From assembly GCF_006345805.1 (NCBI RefSeq), contig NC_043001.1, forward strand, positions 37,076,001 to 37,140,000: a DNA stretch of 64,000 bases. The letters run 5' to 3'. Source of the DNA: Octopus sinensis. Lineage: Eukaryota. A model generated the notes under the pieces. That model was not told where the DNA came from, did not search any database, and was given only the letters and a program-made list of their open reading frames with translations. Each line of letters starts with the position of its first letter. Position 1 is the first letter of the stretch. Made by a program: the position numbers and the translations under genes. Shown here piece by piece: positions 1-11,461 of the stretch.

Positions 1-690
1 CATTTCTTTTAATAGCTTCTTGACATTACGGGTTCCAATTAAGAACATTTCTGTGTGTGTGTACACTTAGGAAGTTAGAGGTATATAAAAACAAGACAAA
101 GAATGCATAAATTTTAATTGGAGTAAGAACTTAACATTACTGACTGATTAAAACAGCATTGAAAATTATTAATAGGTATCAGGATTAATTTATAGAATTG
201 AGAATTTAGCTTAAGTGCAGATGTTGAGTTTGCTTCACAACCACATAGTTCTGGGTTTAATCAACCCTGTATACCTTAATAATAATAATCCCTTCTACTA
301 AAGGTACAAGGCCTGAAATTTTGGGGGAGGGAGTAAGTCAATTACATCAACCCCAAAAGGATGAAAGTTTACCTCAGCGGAATTTGAACCCAGACAATGC
401 ATATGTAGTCTATTGTGTTACACTACTCCGATATAAAGTATTGAACTTCAAAAACATTATATTCACACTTTACTGACTTTGATATTGTTTAAACGCTTGA
501 GTTGTATATCTCTGAAAATGGTGCCTTTATAAACCATGGTTTCAATTATACTGGTGCAAAGCTCCAGTGTCTAGCATTGAAACAACAGAATAAGTGGCAC
601 TTATTCATTTGGTTTTTTTTTTTTTTTACAATAATTTCTGGAAAATTTGGTGGTATTTAAACTCGTCACTAAAGCACCACAATATATATT

Positions 691-888
691 TCTTTACTAC
701 CCACAAGGGGACAAATGGATTAAGTCGATTATATCGACCCCAGTGCATAACTGGCACTTAATTTATCGACCCCGAAAGGATGAAAGGCAAAGTCGACCAC
801 GGCGGAATTTGAACCCAGAACGTAACGGCAGACGAAATACAGCTACGCACTTCGCCGGCATGCTAACGTTTCTGCCAGCTCGCCGCCT
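691..888 (-). mobile_element. tRNA-derived SINE (family B) with 17-bp TSD GCACCACAATATATATT
   Basis: Head AGGCGGCGAGCTGGCAGAAACGTTAGC...GTTCAAATTCC. TSD at 674-690 and 889-905. Confidence 0.9.
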
Positions 889-1291
889 GCACCACAATAT
901 ATATTTTCTGACACTTTTTGCCTGCCATTCATTGACAGCAGAAATAATTGCTTGTAACACAGCAGGTGTAAAGCCTAAAATTTGAGAGGAAGGGTTAGGT
1001 TACTAACTAGTTGACTCCAAAAGGCGAAGTTGACCTCAGCAGGATTTGAACTCAGAATGGAAAGAGCTGGAAGAATTACCACAAGTCATTTTATTCGACA
1101 CTCTAATGATTCTGCCAGTCTGACAGGTTTAAAAGAAAGAAAATAATAATACAACAACAAACATGTAATTAACAACAAAACAATTTGTATCTTCACTTCA
1201 GTTTTTGAGGTCATCATGACATTGATAAATATTTAGGACGAAAATATGTGAAACAAACCCTTGTTAACATTTTACTAAGTGTAGAATAACT

Positions 1292-1687
1292 GGATCTTTT
1301 CAGTTTGAACGGCAGCTTTTTCTAGCAGTGTCATGTGAAATTGTCACCCATAATTATGACCCTAGTATCGATCTATTGCATTTCAATCTGTTTTAGGGGT
1401 GGGGGGAGGGTATCTTTTTTTTTTTCAAAAATGTAAATAAACCCAATCTGTTTCTTAAACGAGGGACATATTCATATGACACAATGTTTTCACCTCAATA
1501 GACGTCATTGATTGGTTGAAATTGAAGAAAAAAAGCAACAAATATCTTACAAACTATAGAATTTTCTCAATAAAGCCAAGAGAAAAAGATGTTTTATAAA
1601 CACATTCTACCAGTATACGAAGTTTAAAAGTGTTTAGTTAGGTGGAAATTATTTAAAAAAAAACTGCCATTCAAACTGAAAAGATCC
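1292..1687. mobile_element. GGATC-terminated MITE, copy 1, with 8-bp TSD GAATAACT
   Basis: TIRs GGATCTTTTCAGTTTGAACGGCAG / CTGCCATTCAAACTGAAAAGATCC. TSD at 1284-1291 and 1688-1695. Confidence 0.9.
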
Positions 1688-1703
1688 GAATAACTCAAAT
1701 TAC

Positions 1704-1796
1704 CTTGCTGAAAATCTGTTCGTCCACAACCACGAATTAAGACAGCATCTCCAGTAAATACCATACTGTTTTCATGCCAGACAAATGAGTAACATC
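1704..1796 (-). CDS. ETHE1: ETHE1 coding exon 4 ([32 protein letters not shown])
   Basis: 93 nt. Acceptor ctatttttgtag, donor G|GTAATT. Carries the ETHE1 signature [18 protein letters not shown]. No further exon found to the left, so the gene runs off the window. Confidence 0.96.
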
Positions 1797-1996
1797 CTAC
1801 AAAAATAGAGAAAGAAGTTAAAAAAAAAGAAAATATAAACAGAACATTTTGTAGCTGGAAGTTTAAAATTTAAAATCAAGCATTCAGTATTATGGCATTT
1901 AAACCAACCAGTTCATATCCTGTTTTTATGTTCAAACTGGCTAGATTTGACCTCACATACCAACCCTAAAATATCATTCTAAAAATTAACAGTTAG

Positions 1997-2400
1997 GTGT
2001 AGGAGTGGCTGCGTGCTAAGTAGCTTGCTTACCAACCACATGGTTCCGGGTTCAGTCCCACTGTGTGACACCTTGGGCGAGTGTCTTCTACTATAGCTTT
2101 GGGCCAACCAATGCCTTGTGAGTGGATTTGGTAGACGGAAACTGAAGGAAGCCCGTCGTATATATATATATATATGTGTGTGTGTGTATATATTTGTGTG
2201 TCTGTATTTGTCCCCCCAAACATCACTTGACAACCGATGCTGGTGTGTTTACGTCCCTGTAACTTAGTGGTCCGGCAAAAGAGACCGATAGAATAAGTAC
2301 TAGGCTTACAAAGAATAAGTCCTGGGGTCAATTTGCTCGACTAAAGGCAGTGCTTCAGCATGGCCACAGTCAAATGACTAAAACAAGTAAAAAAAGAAGA
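1997..2400 (+). mobile_element. tRNA-derived CORE-type SINE (family A). Other copies: 4541-4975 (-), 12176-12562 (+), 28471-28839 (-), 31514-31680 (+, 5' half), 37991-38285 (+), 53895-54165 (-), plus fragments
   Basis: A/B-box head (GGAGTGGCTGTGTGGTAAG...GGTTCAGTCCC), CORE-like CCTTGGGCAAGTGTCTT, internal (TA)(TG) tract, GAAACAAGTAAAAGAGT tail. Confidence 0.85.
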
Positions 2401-2585
2401 AAAAAAGAGATGGAGCAAATCAGTTAAATCAACCCCAGTACTTGACTGGTACTTTATTTTATTGACCCTGGAGGGATGAAAGGTTAAGTTGACCGCAGAC
2501 TGTAAAGAATCAGAAGAAACAATGCTAGGAATTTTGCCTGATATTCTAATAACTCTGCCAGTTTTCCACCCTAATTATGCTTGTA

Positions 2586-4098
2586 AGTGCTGGTGCCATG
2601 CAAGCTTGCAGGTGCTAGTGCCACATAAAAAGTACCTGTTTTGGTTTCACATAAAAAGCACCCATGCTGGTTCCACATATAAAGTACCCATACTTGTGCC
2701 ACATATAAAATGCCCGTCCTGGTGCCACATATAAAGTACCCATGCTGGTGTCACACATAAAGTGCCCATGCTGGTTCCACATATAAGGTGCCTGTGCTGG
2801 TTCCACATATACAGTGCCCATGCTGGTGCTACATATAAAGTGCCACATATAAAGTGCCCATGCTGGTGCCACATATAAAGTACCCATAAATGTGTCACAC
2901 ATAAAGTGCCCATGCTGGTTCCACATATAAGGTGCCTGTGCTGGTGCTACATGCCCATGCTGGTGTCACATATAAAGTGCCCATGCTGGTGCCACATAAA
3001 GTGCCCATGCTGGTGTCACATATAAAGTGCCCATGCTGGTGCCTCATATAAAGTGCCCATGCTGGTGTCACATATAAAGTGCCCATGCTGGTGTCACATA
3101 TAAAGTGCCCATGCTGGTACCTCATAAAGTGCCCATGCTGGTGTCACATATACAGTGCCCGTGCTGATGCCACCTATAAAGTGCCCGTGCTGGTGTCATA
3201 TAAAGTGCCCATGCTGGTGTCACATATAAAGTGCCCATGCTGGTGTCACATATAAAGTGCCCATGCTGGTACCTCATAAAGTGCCCATGCTGGTACCTCA
3301 TATAAAGTGCCCATGCTGGTGCCACATATGAAGTGCCCATGCTGGTGCCACATATGAAGTGCCCATGCTGGTTCCACATATAAAGTGCCCATGCTGGTGC
3401 CACATATAAAGTGCCCATGCTGGTACCTCATAAAGTGCCCATGCTGATTCCACATATAAAGTGCCCGTGCTGGTGCCACATATAAAGTGCCCATGCTGGT
3501 GTCACATATAAAGTGCCCATGCTGGTGCCTCATATAAAGTGCCCATGCTGGTGTCACATATACAGTGCCCGTGCTGATGCCACCTATAAAGTGCCCGTGC
3601 TGGTGTCACATATAAAGTGCCCATGCTTGTGCCACATATAAAGTGCCCGTGCTGGTGTCACATATACAGTGCCCGTGCTGATGCCACCTATAAAGTGCCC
3701 GTGCTGGTGTCACATATAAAGTGCCCATGCTTGTGCCACATATAAAGTGCCCGTGCTTGTGCCACATATAAAGTGCCCGTGCTGGTGTCACATATAAAGT
3801 GCCCGTGCTGGTGTCACATATAAAGTGCCCATGCTTGTGTCACATAAAGTGCCCATGCTGGTGCCACATATAAAGTGCCCGTGCTGGTGCCTCATATAAA
3901 GCACCCATGTCAATGCCATATAAAAAGCACACGTTTATACTCTGTAAAGTGGTAGGCATTAGGAAGGGCATCCCACCATAGAAACCATACCAAAACAAAC
4001 AATCAGTGCCTGAGCAGCTCTACAGCTGGCCAGCTCCTATGGAACAATCTGACCCATGCCAGCATAGAAAATGGGCATTAAATGATGAGGATGATGAT
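2586..4098 (+). mobile_element. Same RTE 3' UTR family with a hugely expanded internal minisatellite
   Basis: Ends ...TTAGGAAGGGCATCC...ACCCATGCCAGCAT...AAATGATGAGGATGATGAT. Confidence 0.75.
2620..3925 (+). repeat. 26-bp minisatellite array, ~50 units (CACATATAAAGTGCCCATGCTGGTG[T/C])
   Basis: Direct tandem units with 24-bp variants and a recurring higher-order doublet. Confidence 0.95.
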
Positions 4099-4788
4099 AT
4101 AATTTTTTTAACATTTGTTTTTTTGTTGTTTTTTTTCCCATGCTGGTATGGGTGAGAGGAAAATTCTATGACCGAATTCCCTTCTTGACATCAAATTTAC
4201 CTTTTCTTTACTTTTTTCCCACTGATCATGGCAAGCTGAACCACAAGCTTGGTAACAATGCAAAGTCATACAGTATCAAACACACACTGACAGCTACAAA
4301 GCAGAAATACAAAAATAGTGGAAAATTTAAGGTAACTTGATATTTCTCCATTATAAGCATAATTGTTTCTAAATTAAGCACATGACTGGCAATTTTATTG
4401 GGATGGGTTAGTAGATTAAATTGATCCTAGTACTTCACTGGTACTGGTATTTTATGACCTGAGGGTGGATATTAGGCAAAGTTGACCTAAATGGGATTTG
4501 AACTCAGAATGCAAAGAGACAAGAGATACTGTAAGGTATCTTTACTCTTTTACTTTCACTTGTTTCAGTCATTTGACTGTGGCCAAGCTGGAGCACCGCC
4601 TTTAGTCGAGCAAATCAACTCCAGGACTTATTCTTTGTAAGCCTAGTACTTATTCTATCGGTCTCTTTGGCCAAACTGCTAAGTTATGGGGACGTAAACA
4701 TACCAGCATTGGTTGTCAAGTGATGTTGGGATACAAACACAGACACACAAACATATACACACACGTGTGTGTGTATATATATATATAT

Positions 4789-4819
<31 letters not shown>

Positions 4820-5134
4820 CATACATATATATGACGGGCTTCTTTCAGTTTCCTACTACCAAATCCACTCAGCCCAAGGCTATAGTAGAAGACACTTGCC
4901 CAAGGTGCCACGCAGTGGGACTGAACCCGGAACCATGTGGTCGGTAAGCAAGCTACTTACCACACAGCCACTCCTCAACATTCTAAAAATTCTGCAAATC
5001 CAACACTCTTAAAAGATAATAGTGAAAAAAAATATTTCTGCAAATATACGTACACTTCTGACAGAGAGAGAAGGAAGCAGAGAGACAGACTGAAAGAGAT
5101 AATATGACTGACAACAGAATATTAAAACAAGTAC

Positions 5135-5320
5135 CGTTTGTGTGTCCAGGAGTACTACGACATTCAAGAGCATATTTTCCAAATGTTAAATGGCTGCCAT
5201 GATCAAACTTTCTATCAGCCACTGCACCAGACTGAACTGAAGTATAGCTTTTGCAGTTTGGTAGACTCTGTTTCAGGAAGCCTGATCCAGTTATGTGGTC
5301 AGCATGGACATGGGTGTTGA
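5135..5320 (-). CDS. ETHE1: ETHE1 coding exon 3 (VNTHVHADHITGSGFLKQSLPNCKS...FGKYALECRSTPGHTNG)
   Basis: 186 nt. Acceptor atttttcag, donor G|GTACTT. Contains the metallo-beta-lactamase HxHxDH motif and the PGHT iron-ligand His. Confidence 0.96.
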
Positions 5321-6569
5321 CTGAAAAATATAATTTGATTAAGAATCATGTAAACACTGGATTCTGTTTTTAATAAAGCATTAACACTGTAAAGTTAAGT
5401 CCAAATCTAACTTCGCATAATTCCAAATATGAATATACATCATGTGTCAGACACAGACATGGTTACGTGGTAAGAAGTTGGATTCCCAACCACATGGTCT
5501 CTTGTTTAGTCCCATTGTGAGATAATTTGAGCAACTACAGCCCTAAGCCAACCAAAGCCTTGTGAGTGGATTTGGATTTGGTAGATAGAAACTGAAAGAA
5601 GCCCATCATATATATATACACACTTTTGACAAGTTGTGGGGCACCTTAGCACTGTATACAATAATTTCATTATTATTATTATTATCATTATTATTATTAT
5701 ACACACACACACAAATATGTATATATACATATATACGTGTGTGTGTGTATGTGTGTTATTTCCCCCTTTCCTTCACATAATGTGAAAGTTGTAAAATGAA
5801 CATCACCATGATGCAATTGGTGTCCTTCATTTCCAATCTTCTTGAAAACATGTCAAGGTCATGGGGAATATTACCTTGTCTGGAAACAGATGAGGATTAG
5901 CAACAGGAAGAGCATCCAGCTGTAGGAAATCTACCTCGACAAATTTCTTCCAACCCATACAAGCATCAAAAAATGGATATTAAATGATGATGATAATGAC
6001 GTCAAGAACACCTTACTACAAATAAACTAATATCAGCAGGAAGAAGCCTCTAAGTAGTTGCTTGACTTACTAAAAATAGCAGCCAGCACTCCCTCAAATT
6101 ACACCCCATGGAAGCATGTTGTTACAGTCCAAGAGAATGGGTCTCAGGGAATAGCATCCCTGCCTTCCTGAGCTAGTTTTCCACCACATTTCTTAAAAAT
6201 CGTGGTAGAGACCTTGGTCTCGGGACCACTCATGCCTAGAAACTTATGTTGGGAGTAAGCAGGGCTCACTCCCCATAGAAAATCCAGCTCCAAAAAAGCC
6301 TCATGATAGCAAAGGTGAATGGGCACCAGCCATCCCAAAGATTGGGGCAGGCTGCACTTGCCTACCTTGGTTGCTATGGCATTGAGGTAGATCTGGCCAC
6401 CTCCATTAATAGGGACAAAAACTGTATTTAAAAAAACCCCCACTAAATAAGACAACCCTGTCTTGCCACTGTATTCATTTTTGTCTTGGTTTCTATAGTT
6501 GAATGCAGCCAGATATCTCACAAACTATACTCCTTAATATCTTAACAAAAAAACACATTGAGTAATATA

Positions 6570-6796
6570 TATTTCTTTACTACCCACAAGGGGCTAAATA
6601 CAGAGGGGACAAACAAGGACAGACAAACGGATTAAGTCGACTACATCGACCCCAGTGCGTAACTGGTACTCAATTTATCGACCCCGAAAGGATGAAAGGC
6701 AAAGTTGACCTCGGCGGAATTAGAACTCAGAACGTAACAGCAGACGAAATACCGCTAAGCATTTCGCCCCGCGTGCTAATGATTCTGCTAGCTCAC
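6570..6796 (-). mobile_element. SINE family B with 16-bp TSD CACATTGAGTAATATA
   Basis: TSD at 6554-6569 and 6797-6812. Confidence 0.9.
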
Positions 6797-8005
6797 CACA
6801 TTGAGTAATATAGTCTCAAGTACACCATCCACTCTGCAGAATGTAAGAAGTGCATTTTATCATGGACCCAGCACCAGAGGGGTTGTCATGATCTGCACAA
6901 GACTAAGAAGTCTTTCAACCCCCATGTTGTTCAACTCATTCATCTGGCCCACAGACATATTGTCTTCTTTCTCTATCTTTTTTATTACTATTGCAATGGC
7001 ATCTGTTCCTCAAAGCCTCCTTCAGAACATTGTCCTTCTGGAATCTTGCTCTTCCCCATGTCTTTCTTGCAGGTGTCAACTAGGTATAGTTCATACATAA
7101 CATTAACAACACCAAGCTCACTGGTCTTGTAAGGACTGCAAAGACAATGGGTGCTACCCTTACCTCCAGACTCAGCAAGTAAATAAATAAATAAATAAAA
7201 ATAATAAAAAGATACCATTTTAAATTCAGGTTATTAAATCATGAAACAAGTTGAATTCTTCTTAGCAGCTAGGATGATTATCTCTGTGACATTCAATGGC
7301 AACTGTTGTTGGTTAAGCCCCCAAGTCAATCTTGATCAAACAGATTTATGATCAAAGGCATCCCAGCCATGACCATCTCATCTTTTTTTTTTTTTTCGCA
7401 GGTAGAGTGTACATTGAAATACATTATCCCCACTCCTTTTCTTGCCCATTTTGTTTTTAAAGGTGGCAGGGTGTAATTTGAGGACATTTGGCTACTATGT
7501 CTAACAGGGCAAGCAATCATCTAGATGCATCCCTATTGTTATTATATTGTTATAAAAGATATAGTCTTAGTTTTGATTAACCTAGAAGTATTGCTATACT
7601 GGAATAATGGAATGGTGGAGTGGAATGGTTATAACAGATTGTCGTAGTTGGCATCTTTTGTTTTTGTTGACTTGTTTAGAAAAAGCAGAAGACTCAAAAG
7701 TGCTGTGAAAATAGGGCATAATGTTTAGAATTAGAACAATGCCCTTTACATGTAGCACAGTGTAAGAGTGGAGTGAGAGACGAGTGAATAATAAAGTAGA
7801 TTCAAGATATTCTTTGTTGCATGCTTCTTTACAGATTACCCTTTTGTCTGGAAATAAATAACTCAAAGATAATTCTTCTTTTACAGCTGCTGCTAACAGG
7901 AATTCAACAAACTCTCTTGGCACCAAACAGCAACAGAAATTTACACACACAAACACACACACTTAGCATCTTAGCAACAATTGTAAGATTAATTTAGCAT
8001 CTTAC

Positions 8006-8150
8006 CAACAATTGTAAGATTAATTCCTAAGTCTTTTATGATTTGAAGGTCTCGGTTGACATTGTCCAAAACAGGATCAATAAGGACACCCTCTTTGCTA
8101 GAAGCATCAGCAAGGATATAGGAGTATGTATAAGAACGGTAGTCAAGGAG
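8006..8150 (-). CDS. ETHE1: ETHE1 coding exon 2 (LLDYRSYTYSYILADASSKEGVLIDPVLDNVNRDLQIIKDLGINLTIV)
   Basis: 145 nt. Acceptor ctttttctttcag, donor G|GTAAGA (phase 1). Matches the ETHE1 segment TYLLGD...AVLIDPVLE...RD..LIKELGL. Confidence 0.95.
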
Positions 8151-9166
8151 CTGAAAGAAAAGAGAAACATTATACTAATTGCTATCAAACCATATAAAAA
8201 GAAAAAAAAAAAATCACATATGAATTATGCTCAAAATGGTGATATGGTCATTAAAGACAACTGTCTCTTTCTACCATGTAAAATTTATTTTTCTAAAAAA
8301 AATCCAGTGTTTGCAATTGAAGCAGCCTTAAATGAATAAAAAAAATAACGCATTCACTGACATTGTGAATAGCTGCAGGCCGAATAAAATATATGTGTAT
8401 TATTCACTATTTTCTATATATCAGAGACAACAAGTTTTGTCTAGGCATATGACTGCAAGTACGCATCAAGGCCTAAGAAGGCTGAAATGCATCTGTGCAT
8501 CTGGTGTCCTCGTAAGCCACTGCCAAGATGGGTTTTTCTTTTTTGGCTTTCTCCAATACACATGTTGTATTTTTGATACAGCATATCTATAAGAGATTTT
8601 ATCTTGGCTAAAAACAACAGTATCTTGCCTCTCAATGGCATATATAAGTTAAGTTTGACATGACTATTTTATTTTCCAGTTATTTTATTTTGTGAAGAGA
8701 AGTGTTATTGGTTACAAGTCTCCAATGAGATGATCACTGCTTTACTACATTTATGATGTTGCGAGTGAATAGGAGACATCTGTACAACACAGGCAGAACA
8801 AATATCATCTTTGTTCAAACACACCATTTTATCAGTTTTCTTTCTGGTCTTCACAACTTTCCCCAATATGCAGTAGCAAAAAGTACACACACACACATGC
8901 ACACACACAAATTTCCACAGAGTTTTGATTAATGAAATTATACTGACAAGGTATTGATGAGCATGAAGCTATATTTTAAGATTCTAAAAATATCACACAG
9001 TGGGATCAAACTTAGAACCACATGGGTGTGAAATGAACTAAAATTCTTTATACACAGCCATGACACTAACACAAAACAGTGGCCAGCTGTAGCCTAAAAG
9101 TCTGCTCATAAACCACTTAAATACAATATTTTCCAGCATACAAGTCAAGTTATTAGGACAAAAAAA

Positions 9167-9574
9167 GGGTCTTTACGGTTTGAACGGTAGTTTTTAACAT
9201 AATTTCTAGGTAACTAAAAAATTTTAAACTTCGTATACTGGTAGAATGTGTTTATAAAACATCTTTTTCTCTTGGCTTTATTGAGAAAATTCTATAGTTT
9301 GTAAGATATTTGTTGTTTATTTTTCTTCAATTTCTGCAATTTCAACCAATCAGTGACGTGTATTGAGGTAAAAAAACATTCTGTGCCGTATGAATATGTC
9401 CCTCGTTTAAGAAACAGATTGGGTTTATTTACATTTGTGAAGAAAAAAAGATACCCTTCCCCCCACCCCTAACCAACCCTAATCCCCAAACAGATCGATA
9501 CTAGGGTCATAATTATGGGTGACAATTTCATATGACACCGCTAGAAAAAACTGCCATTTAAATCGAAAAGATCC
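9167..9574. mobile_element. GGATC-terminated MITE, copy 2 (opposite orientation)
   Basis: Same TIRs and internal sequence as 1292-1687. TSD imperfect. Confidence 0.85.
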
Positions 9575-10585
9575 CCCAAAAATATAGGGTTGACTTCTGT
9601 ACCAAGATGACAATGGGGGACAAAAAATTCCATGTAAAAATACAGCAGGAATTGGAAAGAATAATGATATTTGAATGTTTACACCATATGCTATGTTAGT
9701 TTGCATGCCAGAAAATATGATACATTATTATTCAGATACATTTTAGATTATCTTTCTCTTCATAATATATGCAACCTCATGGCATAGAGAGAACTAAGTT
9801 CTGATTTGAAGAGGATTTTGCAGTTATTCTCGTAGGCTGAGCAACCACATAGAGGCTTCCTCAATGACTTTGAGGTTTGTTGTGTTTACATATTTACCAC
9901 AATTATGGTTTCACAGTGATTATGTGTCTGCTACCCTATTTATGTGCTCACTACCATGTTTATGCACTCATTAGCAGGTTTATGCATCTGCCATGTTAAT
10001 GTACTTGCTGTGTTTATGTATTTGCCATTCCTAGAACTGGAATTCAGTTCCCAAAACAATACTTCACACAGCATATAATATGCGTGTTACTAAGACATCC
10101 CATAGCACATCAACATAAACATGATAAATATAATATCTGCTGATAAGCAGAATTCAAACAGCACATAACATTGCTTTGCAAAAAGGTTATTCTATCACCA
10201 CTATAAACCTACATCAACCTAAGACATACATGGTTAGATAAAATAGTATGACCTTGCTTATAATCTGTAAGAGAGGTTAACAAACTTTTACGTCTGGAAA
10301 AAAACATGATGTGAATACCAACAACATTATAGAAATATGAGTAGTCTGGAATAAATGAAAATGGTAACTGGCGAAATAAACAAGAATGAATTTTGCACAA
10401 AAGCCAATCTTATGGTATCTGCTGCAGTGTAGTCTGTTCTAACAATGCATCCATGTTTAAGAGGGTATAAATATTACCTCTCAGTGATTAGAAAATGACT
10501 GGAAAATAAAGAATTAGGATATAAGATTCTTTCTTATCCCTCAACTTGGAATGAATGTGTGTGTGTGTGAGCGCGCACACGTATG

Positions 10586-10625
<40 letters not shown>

Positions 10626-10627
10626 TA

Positions 10628-11408
10628 TCATCATCATCATCATCATCGTTTAACATCCGCTTTCCATGCTAGCATGGGTTGGACGATTTGACTGAGGTCT
10701 GGCAAACCAGATGGCTGCACCAGACCCCAATCTGATTTGGCAGAGTTTCTACGACTGGATGCCCTTCCTAACGCCAACCACTCCGTGAGTGTAGTGGGTG
10801 CTTTTTACGTGCCACCTGCACAGGTGCCAGATAGAGCTGGCAAACAGCCACGGACGGATGGTGCTTTTTACGTGCCACCGGCACGAGGGCCAGGTGAGGC
10901 TGGCAACGGCCACGGTCGGATGGTGCTTTTTACGTGCCATCATCATCGGCCACGATCGGATGGTGCTTTTTATGTGCCACCTGCAGCCAGTCCAGCGCCA
11001 CTGGCAACAACCTCGCTCGAATGTTTTTTTCATGTGCCACCAGCACAAGTGCCAGTAAGGCGACGTAGGTAATGATCACGCTCGAATGGTGTTTTTTACG
11101 TGCCACCAGCATGGAGGCCAGCTCGTTGCTCTGGCAATGATCACACTTGTATGGTACTTTCAGTACTCCACTAGCACATGCCAGTCATCAAATTTGATGT
11201 CGACTTCAATTTCACTTGCCTCAACAGGTCTTCGCAAGTTTAGTGTCAAGTGAAGGAAAGGTACACATAAGTGGGCTGGTTACACCTGTGGCTTTAGCCA
11301 CAAGGTTATAGTCTCACTTGAGCTTGCCGAGTCTTCTCAAGCACAGCATATTTCCAAAGCTCCCGGTCACTAGTCATTGCCTTGGTGAGGCCTAATGTTC
11401 GAAGGTCA
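10628..11408 (-). mobile_element. RTE-clade LINE 3' end (ORF C-terminus + 3' UTR with internal minisatellite + (ATG)n tail)
   Basis: HDLRTLGLTKAMTSDRELWKYAVLEKTRQ near 11330-11408, GGTGCTTTTTACGTGCCAC repeats, and a (CAT)n tract on the plus strand. Confidence 0.8.
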
Positions 11409-11411
11409 TGC

Positions 11412-11461
<50 letters not shown>

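Noticed and set aside
2615-3925. Regular array as CRISPR, and its MGTLYV... ORFs as repeat proteins
   Set aside because: Units are contiguous with no unique spacers, there are no cas genes, the context is eukaryotic, and the ORFs arise from the 26-bp period.
6100-7180. GC-richer stretches with 76-125 aa ORFs in ETHE1 intron 2
   Set aside because: No recognisable protein motif or splice-site pair. Probably old LINE debris, too decayed to classify by eye.
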